This document shows positions 55,465-63,780 of a stretch of 64,000 nt of DNA, in pieces. The translations under genes and the position numbers were made by a program. The notes below the pieces were generated by a model. The model made no database searches. It saw only the letters and a program-made list of their open reading frames with translations, and had not been told where the DNA came from. Source of the DNA: an uncultured Desulfarculus sp. (lineage in GTDB: Bacteria; Desulfobacterota; Desulfarculia; Desulfarculales; Desulfarculaceae); NCBI GenBank assembly GCA_963665125.2, contig CAXXUK010000002.1:928001-992000 (forward strand), written 5' to 3'. Every line of letters starts with the position of its first letter. Positions within the stretch are counted from its first letter, which is position 1.

Positions 55465-56427
55465 TTATGCGGCTTTTATTGTCTGCAAAAGCCGATAACT
55501 GCCAGCCATAAAAATTGATTTATCCGAATTTATTTTCTTTATACAGCCAAGGATAAGCTCCCTAAACAGTCTAATAACCAGCAAACACAACTCAAAGAAA
55601 TGTTCAATATCATTCCTACTGTCGAAATGTAACCCAGTATGATCTATGGGCTTGATCCAATCTGATTGAATATTATTGATCCGGCGAACAGCAGTAGTTT
55701 TTCTCTCATATGGATACCAAACACCATGAGAATGTTGGTAGTTAATAGAGTTCCTAATAATTGAAAGCCAATTTCCCTTGCCCCTGCCGCTGGCGTGGGT
55801 AATACCTTTTTTAATTTGCATCAACATTAAAATGGCCTCTTCCCGATGAGGCCTAATAGCCGCTGCATTCTCTGAGTCATCGATCAGCTTGTCAAGTAGT
55901 CTTAGAAAACAATTCCATGTGTCGCCGTGAGTATCTTTCAATTTCTTAAAGCCCACATCATGGTAACCATTGTCAATATCAATCAGGTAAAATCCCTTTT
56001 CGATTTTATTGGAACATGTACTACCGCCTAAATGTTTTATAATATCGTTAATTTTGCTGGCATAAACCTGCTCAATATAAGTACAAGAACGACCAAACAT
56101 CCTTAAAATTGAATGAGCAGCAAAAAAGCTCGCATAGTATAATCTGATTATGCCCCATGCGCCGCTTTTTTTCAAAATAGAGTCTTTTTTAATGCCGCAA
56201 ACACACTCCACAGACGCCATGGCCATTCGGTTGCAATCATTCGCTAACGCATTTTTGAGCCTCCTATCGCTACCTGCTCTCAGAGAAAATGAACTCGCCG
56301 AACAGACGTTACCAACTAAGTAATTTTGGTTAGCAATCCAACCTTTAATATCAACGCTTGGACCTTTACCACAGTTAAATATGTCTAAATGCGTTTGCTG
56401 GACAAGAACTTTTTCTATTGCGTTCAT
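55465..56427 (-). CDS. Putative HEPN-like protein
   Basis: RLYYASFFAAHSIL and IRNSINYQH motifs; AT-rich; TAATG-coupled to upstream gene. Confidence 0.65.
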   Translation of the reverse strand: MNAIEKVLVQQTHLDIFNCGKGPSVDIKGWIANQNYLVGNVCSASSFSLRAGSDRRLKNALANDCNRMAMASVECVCGIKKDSILKKSGAWGIIRLYYASFFAAHSILRMFGRSCTYIEQVYASKINDIIKHLGGSTCSNKIEKGFYLIDIDNGYHDVGFKKLKDTHGDTWNCFLRLLDKLIDDSENAAAIRPHREEAILMLMQIKKGITHASGRGKGNWLSIIRNSINYQHSHGVWYPYERKTTAVRRINNIQSDWIKPIDHTGLHFDSRNDIEHFFELCLLVIRLFRELILGCIKKINSDKSIFMAGSYRLLQTIKAA

Positions 56428-57401
56428 TATAATTCAAAGTCTCCCTTAAGGCAGGCTTCAAATGTTGATATTATTGGTTTATATGCGGGACCGCTTGGGA
56501 TAAGGCTTACCTTCTTAATATTATTACCAATTATACTAAGGAAATAGTAAAAGTTGTCAACATTATAAATGGCTCCGAACTTGTCTTTTACTTTTGCTGC
56601 AACTACAGGTAAAAAACCACAAATTGCCTTAAACATTGTGGCGTTGAATAACATATCTTTGACCTCATGAGGCTGCAAAATAGCTTCATCAAAACTGATG
56701 AAATAGTTATTCATGATTGTGAATATTTCGTATTCACTCTTTCCACCAAATATTTTGACTAATGGTTTTAGAGCCGCATTAAATGTGCTGCGGGTCAGTT
56801 TGCCTTTCGCTTTTTTAGCTGGTGAAAGCCTACCGATTAAGCAGCTAGTAGGGTCAACCATAAATGTATCAAATATCTCTCTCAAATACTCTTCTTGATC
56901 CGATTCATATTCCGCAAGTTTTTTAATATCTAGCAATAACTCTGGAGGAACCCCTTTCTGTTTTGAGTTTATGTCAATAAAAAGTCTCGTTTCATCTCTC
57001 TTAGAAAGACCAGCATAAATAACAACAGGTACTCTTATTGCTTTTTTGGCCTTCATAAAACCAAAAACACGATGTTGCCCGTCGATAATTAAAAAAGCCT
57101 TATTGATATTATTAAAGCTAATGCTTTTATTGCTAGAAGAATATTTTAGATCAGCATCTTCCTGTGCTGACAACACAATTGAGCTTGGGATTGTACCCAA
57201 GCCAGTATCAATATATTTTGCTATTTCCTTGGCTCTATTCTCGTCAAGTTCTCTTTGAAAGCCACGGATAGGATCTTCATCTCTGTTAACCACATAGCAC
57301 GTTTGGGCTAGGAGTTCGCTCGGCAACGTGAGGGAATAGAACTTATGATCACCTTGATGGACTAAACTAACGCTACCATAACTTTTTCTATCTTCAGACA
57401 T
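56427..57401 (-). CDS. DGQHR-domain (DndB/ParB-like) protein
   Basis: FQRELDENR, IPSSIVL, IIDGQHR, LFIDINSKQK. Confidence 0.92.
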   Translation of the reverse strand: MSEDRKSYGSVSLVHQGDHKFYSLTLPSELLAQTCYVVNRDEDPIRGFQRELDENRAKEIAKYIDTGLGTIPSSIVLSAQEDADLKYSSSNKSISFNNINKAFLIIDGQHRVFGFMKAKKAIRVPVVIYAGLSKRDETRLFIDINSKQKGVPPELLLDIKKLAEYESDQEEYLREIFDTFMVDPTSCLIGRLSPAKKAKGKLTRSTFNAALKPLVKIFGGKSEYEIFTIMNNYFISFDEAILQPHEVKDMLFNATMFKAICGFLPVVAAKVKDKFGAIYNVDNFYYFLSIIGNNIKKVSLIPSGPAYKPIISTFEACLKGDFEL

Positions 57402-57435
57402 GATCTCGCTTACCTTCTTATATTCTATTTAATAT

Positions 57436-58374
57436 TCAACGGTTTCTTTCCCGGCCCCCATCACCCCGCTCACGCCTGACCCGCTCCAACTCAGCCTTGC
57501 GTTCCTTCACTCGCTCTTCGCGGTCTTTCTCGGCCTGCCACTGACGGCGGCGTGCGTCCAGATCATCGGCCAGGCCCAGGGTCTTGAGACGGTAGCGTTT
57601 ACCCGTGTTTATGTCCATCACGGCCGGGGAATTACCCCGCTCATAATAGGCCAATCCCAGGTTGGCCAGCAAGCGCTTTAGCTCGTCCGCGTCGCGGGCG
57701 GCGGCCACGCACTGCCCCACCTGGGTGCGCACCTGTTCCTTGCGCGATAGCTTGCCCTGCTCGCTCAGGCGGCGACTCATCTGCGCCTCGCGGTCCCGGC
57801 GGCGTTTGGCTTCGCGCAGGTGGTCTTGGCGCAGGCCGTCCGGCTCGGGCTCGAGTTCCTGGTCAAAGACAATGGAATGCACCAGCTCAGGGTAGCGCTG
57901 GCGCTGGTACTCTTCCATCTCGCGCTGCACCTGGCGGAAGCGCTGCCGCGTCAGGCGAAGCTGCCTGTCAGACTCGATCTTGTTGCCCGAAATGCAGATG
58001 TGCAGATGCGGCCGGTCCTGGTCCTCCAAATCGCGGTGGATCGCCGCCACGGCCAGGCCCTCCTCGGCGCGCATGGCCATGTACACCCGGCCGATGTCCT
58101 CCAAAAGCTCGTCGCTGACCAGATGCCCGTCCTTGGGGTGCGGGCTGATCACCTCGTGGTAGAGCACCACGCCGTTGGCCCGCCGCCGCCGGTACGCCGC
58201 GTTCTGCTCGAACTCCGCCGTGATGGCCGCCGGATCGCTCTCCGGGCTGAGCATGTTGTGCTTGATCAGCGACTGCTCCGGCCGTTTTTCCCGCGCGCCC
58301 GGCTTGAGCATGTAATTGATGAGCCGCCCGAAATTGGCCGAACCCGCCTTGGCGCTCATGCTCTTGATGATCAT
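57436..58374 (-). CDS. Relaxase (MOBP/VirD2-like)
   Basis: LINY motif I, YHEVIS motif II, H...PHLHI motif III. Confidence 0.9.
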   Translation of the reverse strand: MIIKSMSAKAGSANFGRLINYMLKPGAREKRPEQSLIKHNMLSPESDPAAITAEFEQNAAYRRRRANGVVLYHEVISPHPKDGHLVSDELLEDIGRVYMAMRAEEGLAVAAIHRDLEDQDRPHLHICISGNKIESDRQLRLTRQRFRQVQREMEEYQRQRYPELVHSIVFDQELEPEPDGLRQDHLREAKRRRDREAQMSRRLSEQGKLSRKEQVRTQVGQCVAAARDADELKRLLANLGLAYYERGNSPAVMDINTGKRYRLKTLGLADDLDARRRQWQAEKDREERVKERKAELERVRRERGDGGRERNR

Positions 58375-58796
58375 GGCCCACCCGCCTCGGGCGGCCGCCG
58401 GATGAAATCCTTGACCTCGCGCTCCAACTCATGCACGCGGGCCTCGGCCTCGCGCCAATCAAAGGGCTTTTTGCCGAGCCAGCCGCGCTTTTTCTGCACG
58501 GTGTTGGTGAAGCGGGCAACCTGGTTCAGGCTGGTGGCGATGTTCCGCAGCAGCGTGGTGAGGGCCTCCAGGCGCTGGCGGATGTCTGCGGGCACCATGT
58601 AGCGGCGCTGGCGATAGGCCCGTTCGGCCGCGCGCAGATACTCACCCGGCTTCAGGCCTGCTGCTTTGGCGGCGCGCTTGACCTCGGCGAACTCGGCCGG
58701 ATCGCTGTAGCTTGTCCAGACGCGCATGCGCCTGGCCTCGTAGGCCGCCTTGCTGGCCGCGATCCGGTCTTGAGTGGTTTGATCTTCGTTGTTCAT
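58371..58796 (-). CDS. MobC-like relaxosome protein
   Basis: AKAAGLKPGEYLR RHH-like segment; LRNIATSLNQVAR; ATGA overlap with relaxase. Confidence 0.85.
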   Translation of the reverse strand: MNNEDQTTQDRIAASKAAYEARRMRVWTSYSDPAEFAEVKRAAKAAGLKPGEYLRAAERAYRQRRYMVPADIRQRLEALTTLLRNIATSLNQVARFTNTVQKKRGWLGKKPFDWREAEARVHELEREVKDFIRRPPEAGGP

Positions 58797-58864
58797 GCCG
58801 AGGTCTCTTTTGGGGGTTGCAAACGCCGCCGGGGCTGGGATTCCAAAGGGGCGTGAGCGCCCTT

Positions 58865-58912
58865 TGGCAAGATGCGTTGAGGCCACTTCGGTGCCGAAAC
58901 GCAATCTTGCTC
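58865..58912. other. Candidate oriT inverted repeat
   Basis: gcaagatgcg...cgcaatcttgc directly upstream of mobC. Confidence 0.6.
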
Positions 58913-59153
58913 TCACCACCGCGCGGCCCGTTTTCGCCATTACGGCCATGGTAATAAACACCCGCCCCAAAGGCAAGACCAACCCACCTGCCGGTGATGA
59001 ACAAAAGCTTAAATCCCCACCTGATTCCCGCCCCCGGAGCGGCCCCGTTATCAGCGCCCTGCCCAAAAGAAAATTAAATTTCATCCCAGGCGCTGGCGGA
59101 AAAAGCCCCTGCCTGGTCGAGGTGCGGTGGGTGATTTAGCGGTGAAGAAAAAA

Positions 59154-59414
59154 CTAGCCGTAGAGTTGGGCGTGGGTGCCGAGGGCGACAAACACAAGGC
59201 TGTCTTCACCGATGAAGAAAAGGCAGCGCAGATCGCCGCCCACGTTTATCGAGTACCGGCCGCATCCCTTGGGTTGCAGTTCGTGCAGGCGCAGTGATGG
59301 ATGATCCGGATTTTGCAGAAAAAGCGCAATGGCTTCGTCCACGCGCTGCCGCTGCCTTGCGTTGAGCTTGAGGTAGGCCTTTTTAAAGGATTTTCTGCGC
59401 GTGACTTGCATCAT
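59154..59414 (-). CDS. RelE/YafQ-family toxin
   Basis: SFKKAY...HPSLRLHEL...YSINV.GDLR...LGTHAQLY. Confidence 0.85.
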   Translation of the reverse strand: MMQVTRRKSFKKAYLKLNARQRQRVDEAIALFLQNPDHPSLRLHELQPKGCGRYSINVGGDLRCLFFIGEDSLVFVALGTHAQLYG

Positions 59415-59674
59415 TACTCAGTGTCTGGATTCTTCAAGTCAGCGAGAAATTCCTCCACGCTATCAAAGGAACGGGAGAGGCCAATCCCGGCCTCGGCCTC
59501 CTCAAACGCCTTGAGCGTTTCGGCGTTGAGCTTTTCCGGGACGGCCCGCACGGGGATCATCTCCAGGCCGCGCTCGGTGCGCACGAACTTCACCTGCTTG
59601 CCCTCGGAGATGATATCCCGAAACTCCTTGGGAATGGTGACGATGTTTTTCTTCCTGATCATGGCCAGGGTCAT
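59414..59674 (-). CDS. Antitoxin (AbrB-like N-terminus, acidic C-terminus)
   Basis: NIVTIPKEFR; NAETLKAFEEA...FDSVEEFLADL; TAATG-coupled to toxin; GGAGGAG RBS. Confidence 0.8.
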   Translation of the reverse strand: MTLAMIRKKNIVTIPKEFRDIISEGKQVKFVRTERGLEMIPVRAVPEKLNAETLKAFEEAEAGIGLSRSFDSVEEFLADLKNPDTE

Positions 59675-59756
59675 GTCCAGGCTCCTCCCTGAATCAAAGA
59701 TGTGACGCTTCATGGTGTTGGGTTAAAAATGGACGATTTTCCTCTTTTCCTCCTTT

Positions 59757-59784
59757 ATTCTAGCAAATGGACAAATGCTGTCAA
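59757..59784 (-). promoter_or_regulatory. Sigma70 promoter of TA operon
   Basis: TTGACA-16 nt-TAGAAT, with catttg repeated twice in the spacer. Confidence 0.65.
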
Positions 59785-59811
59785 GACGACCGTACTTCGC
59801 TCAACCACCTT

Positions 59812-59844
59812 AAAAAGCCCGGATTTCCGCTCCGGGCGGGCGGT
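59812..59844 (-). repeat. 33-bp terminator-like repeat, copy 1
   Basis: aaaaagcccggatttccgctccgggcgggcggt. Confidence 0.85.
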
Positions 59845-59849
59845 GAGGA

Positions 59850-60155
59850 TCAGAGCCCCAGTTTCTCCTTGAGCGCCGAGAATCGGCACTCCGGGAAGTA
59901 GAGATCGCGCTCGATGGGCAGGCCCAGCGGACCACGGACGCTCTCCATCTCGTCGAGATTGAAGTAGCCCCATTCGTTTTCCAATCCCATCACATAGCCG
60001 AAGAAGTTGCGCGTCTCGGGGTCGTATTCCGTGGCAAACCACGTCCAGTTGGCGTCCGGCGTGAAGAACTTGCAGATCACCAGCGGATCGGGGTCTTCCT
60101 CCTGACGGCCGGTTTGGGCAAACCTCTGTAAAAGCGCCTGGGTCAAGAGCTTCAT
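59850..60155 (-). CDS. DUF2958-like protein
   Basis: KFFTPDANWTWFATEYD...FFG...EWGYF.LDE...IERDLYF; GAGGAGG RBS. Confidence 0.85.
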   Translation of the reverse strand: MKLLTQALLQRFAQTGRQEEDPDPLVICKFFTPDANWTWFATEYDPETRNFFGYVMGLENEWGYFNLDEMESVRGPLGLPIERDLYFPECRFSALKEKLGL

Positions 60156-60307
60156 CAATGCCTCCTCTTGATTTTGTTTGGGTTTAGTTTTCTCGGGGGG
60201 AAGGCATGATAACGGATGGGAATTTCCCGTCAAGGCGCTTTATATGCTGAAATTATTAAGAAAATAGTAAAAGCCCGCCCCAGGACGGGACGGGCCTTAC
60301 GATGCGG

Positions 60308-60730
60308 CTATAAGTGGCAACCAACAAGCACTATCCATCTGCCAAGATGTTCTTCCGTCATTTCTGACAATTCACGTTCCAGATAATTATCTGAGTCAAA
60401 ATAGCAAACCGGCTTCATCCATTGAATATCATTGTTTTTGTCCCACGCCTTAAGCTTACGCAATAAAGATTTTGTCAATATTTGCGCGTCATCATCGCAG
60501 CCGAGGAAACTCTTAGCCTTTCGTTTGCTCATGTCTTTGCCGGTCATTATGGTTGTGAAAAAGCCTGACCATCCGCCACCGATATTGAAACGGTCGCACC
60601 GGCCACCGGTGAAAAAAGCATCAGTATACACAAAGCCATTATCTACAAGCTCGTGGTAGGCGATTTTTCTGGCCTTTTCAGAACTTTCAGCGTTTTCCTT
60701 GTCTATGAGTACAAAGTATATTTTTTGCAT
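60308..60730 (-). CDS. Hypothetical protein
   Basis: AT-rich ORF with DRFNIGGGWSG; no SD. Confidence 0.75.
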   Translation of the reverse strand: MQKIYFVLIDKENAESSEKARKIAYHELVDNGFVYTDAFFTGGRCDRFNIGGGWSGFFTTIMTGKDMSKRKAKSFLGCDDDAQILTKSLLRKLKAWDKNNDIQWMKPVCYFDSDNYLERELSEMTEEHLGRWIVLVGCHL

Positions 60731-60797
60731 TTTAAGTGATTAATATTGAATATATCCCAAAGGCACCCGGATTTAGGGCGGCCTTGAGATGCAGCGA

Positions 60798-61019
60798 TCA
60801 GTCGTTTTCCTGAAGCCGTAAATACATCAAGTTGATGGCACCGACTTCATCGGCGTCGATCAGGCGGTGCTCTGAAAGGTATCCGGCAAACTCGAAGAAC
60901 TTTTCCCTGGCCTTGTTTTCTCTATCCAGGGCAGCGATGAAAAATAAATTGAGTTTCTGCTTGGCTTCGCTTGTGGTGATTTCGCCAGGAGCGAGCTTGT
61001 AGTCTTTTTCTGTAAGCAT
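60798..61019 (-). CDS. Small hypothetical protein
   Basis: Fills the gap between two hairpins, same strand as neighbours; no SD. Confidence 0.6.
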   Translation of the reverse strand: MLTEKDYKLAPGEITTSEAKQKLNLFFIAALDRENKAREKFFEFAGYLSEHRLIDADEVGAINLMYLRLQEND

Positions 61020-61089
61020 TGTGAATGGTTAAAGCTGTAATGATTATAGCACATTGCCGGGATTTGACCCTCCCGGCGGGGGTGTGCGA

Positions 61090-61413
61090 CTAGAGAGTTT
61101 GCCAATCAAGACATGACCCGCCATTGCCTTTGAAGGTTTTTACACGCCGCTTATCAAACAAGGCGCGAGACAGGCAGGAGGCGGTATGAAAATGCATATC
61201 CATTCCACAGCCGACTACCTTTAAACCGTTGTCATTCACATGCCAGCCAAGCAACTCGCCAACCAAATCGGTGATATTACATAGGTGCTCGCCCCTGGCT
61301 TTGGCATAGATTGCCAGCCTTCGGGTCATGCCTGATTTGGAAACATGATTTTGAACAATATAGATTTTCGATGAAGGTTTCATGAGTCTTCTGAGCTCAT
61401 TTTTTGAATTCAT
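61090..61413 (-). CDS. Hypothetical protein, phage/plasmid-like
   Basis: HVSKSGMTR and GCGMDM motifs; no SD. Confidence 0.75.
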   Translation of the reverse strand: MNSKNELRRLMKPSSKIYIVQNHVSKSGMTRRLAIYAKARGEHLCNITDLVGELLGWHVNDNGLKVVGCGMDMHFHTASCLSRALFDKRRVKTFKGNGGSCLDWQTL

Positions 61414-61434
61414 TTTATAGGGAAAGATAATACG

Positions 61435-61467
61435 AAAAAGCCCGGATTGCCGCTCCGGGCGGGCGGT
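61435..61467 (-). repeat. 33-bp terminator-like repeat, copy 2
   Basis: aaaaagcccggattgccgctccgggcgggcggt (one mismatch to copy 1). Confidence 0.85.
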
Positions 61468-61472
61468 AGATT

Positions 61473-62162
61473 CTAAACTCGACCGAAACCCAGGAAGCGC
61501 CGGAACTCAGACCACATGCTATCCGGCTTTGGCTCAGGCTTCGGCGGTAAAAGCCTCTCTTTCTCCTCCACCAGAAGACTCCTTTGGAAGGCGGCCCAAA
61601 CCTTGTCCACCGTGGCCTTATAGACTCTACGAAAGCGTGGATACAGCGTCTTGAATGTTGCTTCGGTCATTTCGGACAATCCGTTTTCGCGCAGCACCTC
61701 TTTGGCCAGCCTGCGGAAGTCAAGCAGCTTGAGGGTTTCAAAATCAACCTTACAACCCATGACAATGTCGGGATTTTCGCTTTCCACACCGATCATCGCC
61801 GCATGGGTTTTACGCCTCATGTGCCGCACCAAATCCTCGATCATCACTCCCGGTTTGCCGCCTACGATCATCTTCGGCACGGCCCCTGGGCCGCGCTTGG
61901 CTCTGTCGTCTAAACTGATGCCGCATAGATTGTTTTCGCTATCGTGGTATACGCTAAGAAGACAATATTTAATCCACTCTTCACGGCTTCCAAGAGTCGC
62001 CAGCAACTCGCGCTCGGTGGTTTCGTAGTCGCATTTCATCTCGGTAGGATAGCTGTTGCCATCAATGATATCGTAGGCGTCGATTACTAGTATGCCGCGA
62101 CCGGTTTCGGGGCATAGCTTCAAATCTAAAATCTGTGATTTATGATGTAAAGATACGTTCAT
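61473..62162 (-). CDS. Hypothetical protein
   Basis: 229-aa ORF; no SD. Confidence 0.75.
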   Translation of the reverse strand: MNVSLHHKSQILDLKLCPETGRGILVIDAYDIIDGNSYPTEMKCDYETTERELLATLGSREEWIKYCLLSVYHDSENNLCGISLDDRAKRGPGAVPKMIVGGKPGVMIEDLVRHMRRKTHAAMIGVESENPDIVMGCKVDFETLKLLDFRRLAKEVLRENGLSEMTEATFKTLYPRFRRVYKATVDKVWAAFQRSLLVEEKERLLPPKPEPKPDSMWSEFRRFLGFGRV

Positions 62163-62280
62163 TTTGATGAGTTAAGAATATTTGCTAAAATGGTCTTGTC
62201 TGGGATCAGGCGGGCCTTACGCTCGCCTTTTCCTTTGGCGGGTCTTTGTTCTTCATGTTGATCTGTAAAAGATTTAAAAA

Positions 62281-62442
62281 ACCCAGAAGCACCTCGTGCT
62301 TCTGGGTGTGATTACCCTACGCCAGGTGGATTGGCGGCTGTCACAGCCCGCGAAGCGCGGCTTGACAGAGACCGGCTTTTTGGATCAGGGAGAGCGCAGC
62401 GGTTCCCCCAAAAAGCCGAAGCGGTCGCCAATCCTTACCTGG
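62281..62442. promoter_or_regulatory. Perfect hairpin plus large branched stem-loop (candidate ssDNA promoter/ssi)
   Basis: acccagaagcac/gtgcttctgggt; ccagg-t-ggattggcg/cgccaatcc-tta-cctgg enclosing tgtca..ttgaca and cggctttttgg/ccaaaaagccg. Confidence 0.55.
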
Positions 62443-62744
62443 TAAGATGTGGGGACCCATTACTCCATCGAAGGAAGCCAATGGTGGAGTCTATAAATTG
62501 TTTGCGTCGATAGACGCCTTAATAGTCACCAAATACCTTGCCTTTCTAATTGCCTGCGTGAGCAGACCTGAGTCTAAGCTGGCAAGATATTTGGTGCCGT
62601 TTGTCTGTGAATGAAGTTGTGGTAGATAAGAAGAGGGGAATTATTGATCTTTTGGTTTGGACAATGCTTGTTGTACGATTAACTTCTTTGCTAATACATC
62701 AGGCATTCCCTATAATTACTTCAATTCATATATTTTTCTACCAC

Positions 62745-63087
62745 ATGATTCCTATTAAATATTATATCCTTGATGATGACAATAAACCAAAATTGGTTAC
62801 AAACAAAAAAGAGTGGCTTAAATGGCATGGGGATAACGAGTTAGAGTGTGCCTTAGTTGGATATGATGTAGTCATGCTTAGTGACAAGATCAATGTATAT
62901 GTGAACACATGTTTTGATGGTCGTATCGAAAAAGATAATTCAATGTTTGTGACCTGTGTGACAATATTGGGTCAATCACCCGATCTGTACTACTGCGAAA
63001 TGGCGAGAGCATAAGAAAGTATATAATAAATGGAATAATTCTGAACTTGATGAGATTATGAAATATTTTCAATTTCTTGATTTATAA
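62745..63087 (+). pseudogene. Small AT-rich gene, possibly frameshifted near 62990
   Basis: MIPIKYYILDD...EWLKW stops at 63014; a shifted frame continues TAKWREHKKVY...FLDL to TAA at 63087. Confidence 0.4.
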
Positions 63088-63349
63088 AAAACTTGAAGTC
63101 TCTACAAAGATTTCACCTTAAAAACATTTTAGGTGAGAGCTATGTAGAGGTAAGAGCTTTTTAATAAATCACAATCTCTTGACAAAAACCACCCATCTGC
63201 TTTAATAACCTCCGGTTACCTTTACTGGAAAAAATGTGGATACTATCGACACAGGGCGGGCTTCCCGCTTGCTTCCGATGTTATCCACTCGAGAAGGTAA
63301 CCCAGGCGGGTTGCCCGCTTTGTGTACGTCTATATTTTTATCCAATAAT

Positions 63350-63559
63350 ATGGAAAACCCTCTTGAAGTGGGTGGCCTCATCTTCCGTGTCGAGATCGAA
63401 CGGGACTTGCAAAAGCCGTTGGTGAACGTCCAGATCAGCGACACCGACCAGTTGATGACCCTGACCTTCGCCGCCGACCCGGAGACGCTTACCGAGTTCG
63501 CCGGGATGCTCAAAAACGCCGCCAGAGATTGCGCGGCCAATCTTGAAACCGCAGCTTAA
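63350..63559 (+). CDS. Small acidic hypothetical protein
   Basis: MENPLEVGG...; coding-like composition begins at this ATG. Confidence 0.5.
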   Translation: MENPLEVGGLIFRVEIERDLQKPLVNVQISDTDQLMTLTFAADPETLTEFAGMLKNAARDCAANLETAA

Positions 63560-63780
63560 GATTGACATCCGGGCCAAGTGTCGTGCACTAATTCAAGGCT
63601 CGGCATTTAATCCGGCATTGGAATCATCAGAAATGGGTGCTATTTGCGCCAAACTTGTGAAAAGATTCCCAATGAACTCGCCGCCAGGGCAACTGTAGGC
63701 GTTTGAACACTATTCGAAAGGCTTTGTGTAATAATCACAATCTGCTACACTACTCGTGTGTTTAATTATTAGGATTGTCA

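Noticed and set aside
54358..62162. Integron interpretation (tyrosine recombinase plus cassette-like genes)
   Set aside because: Hairpins lack RYYYAAC/GTTRRRY attC ends and no IntI-type insertion is apparent in the recombinase
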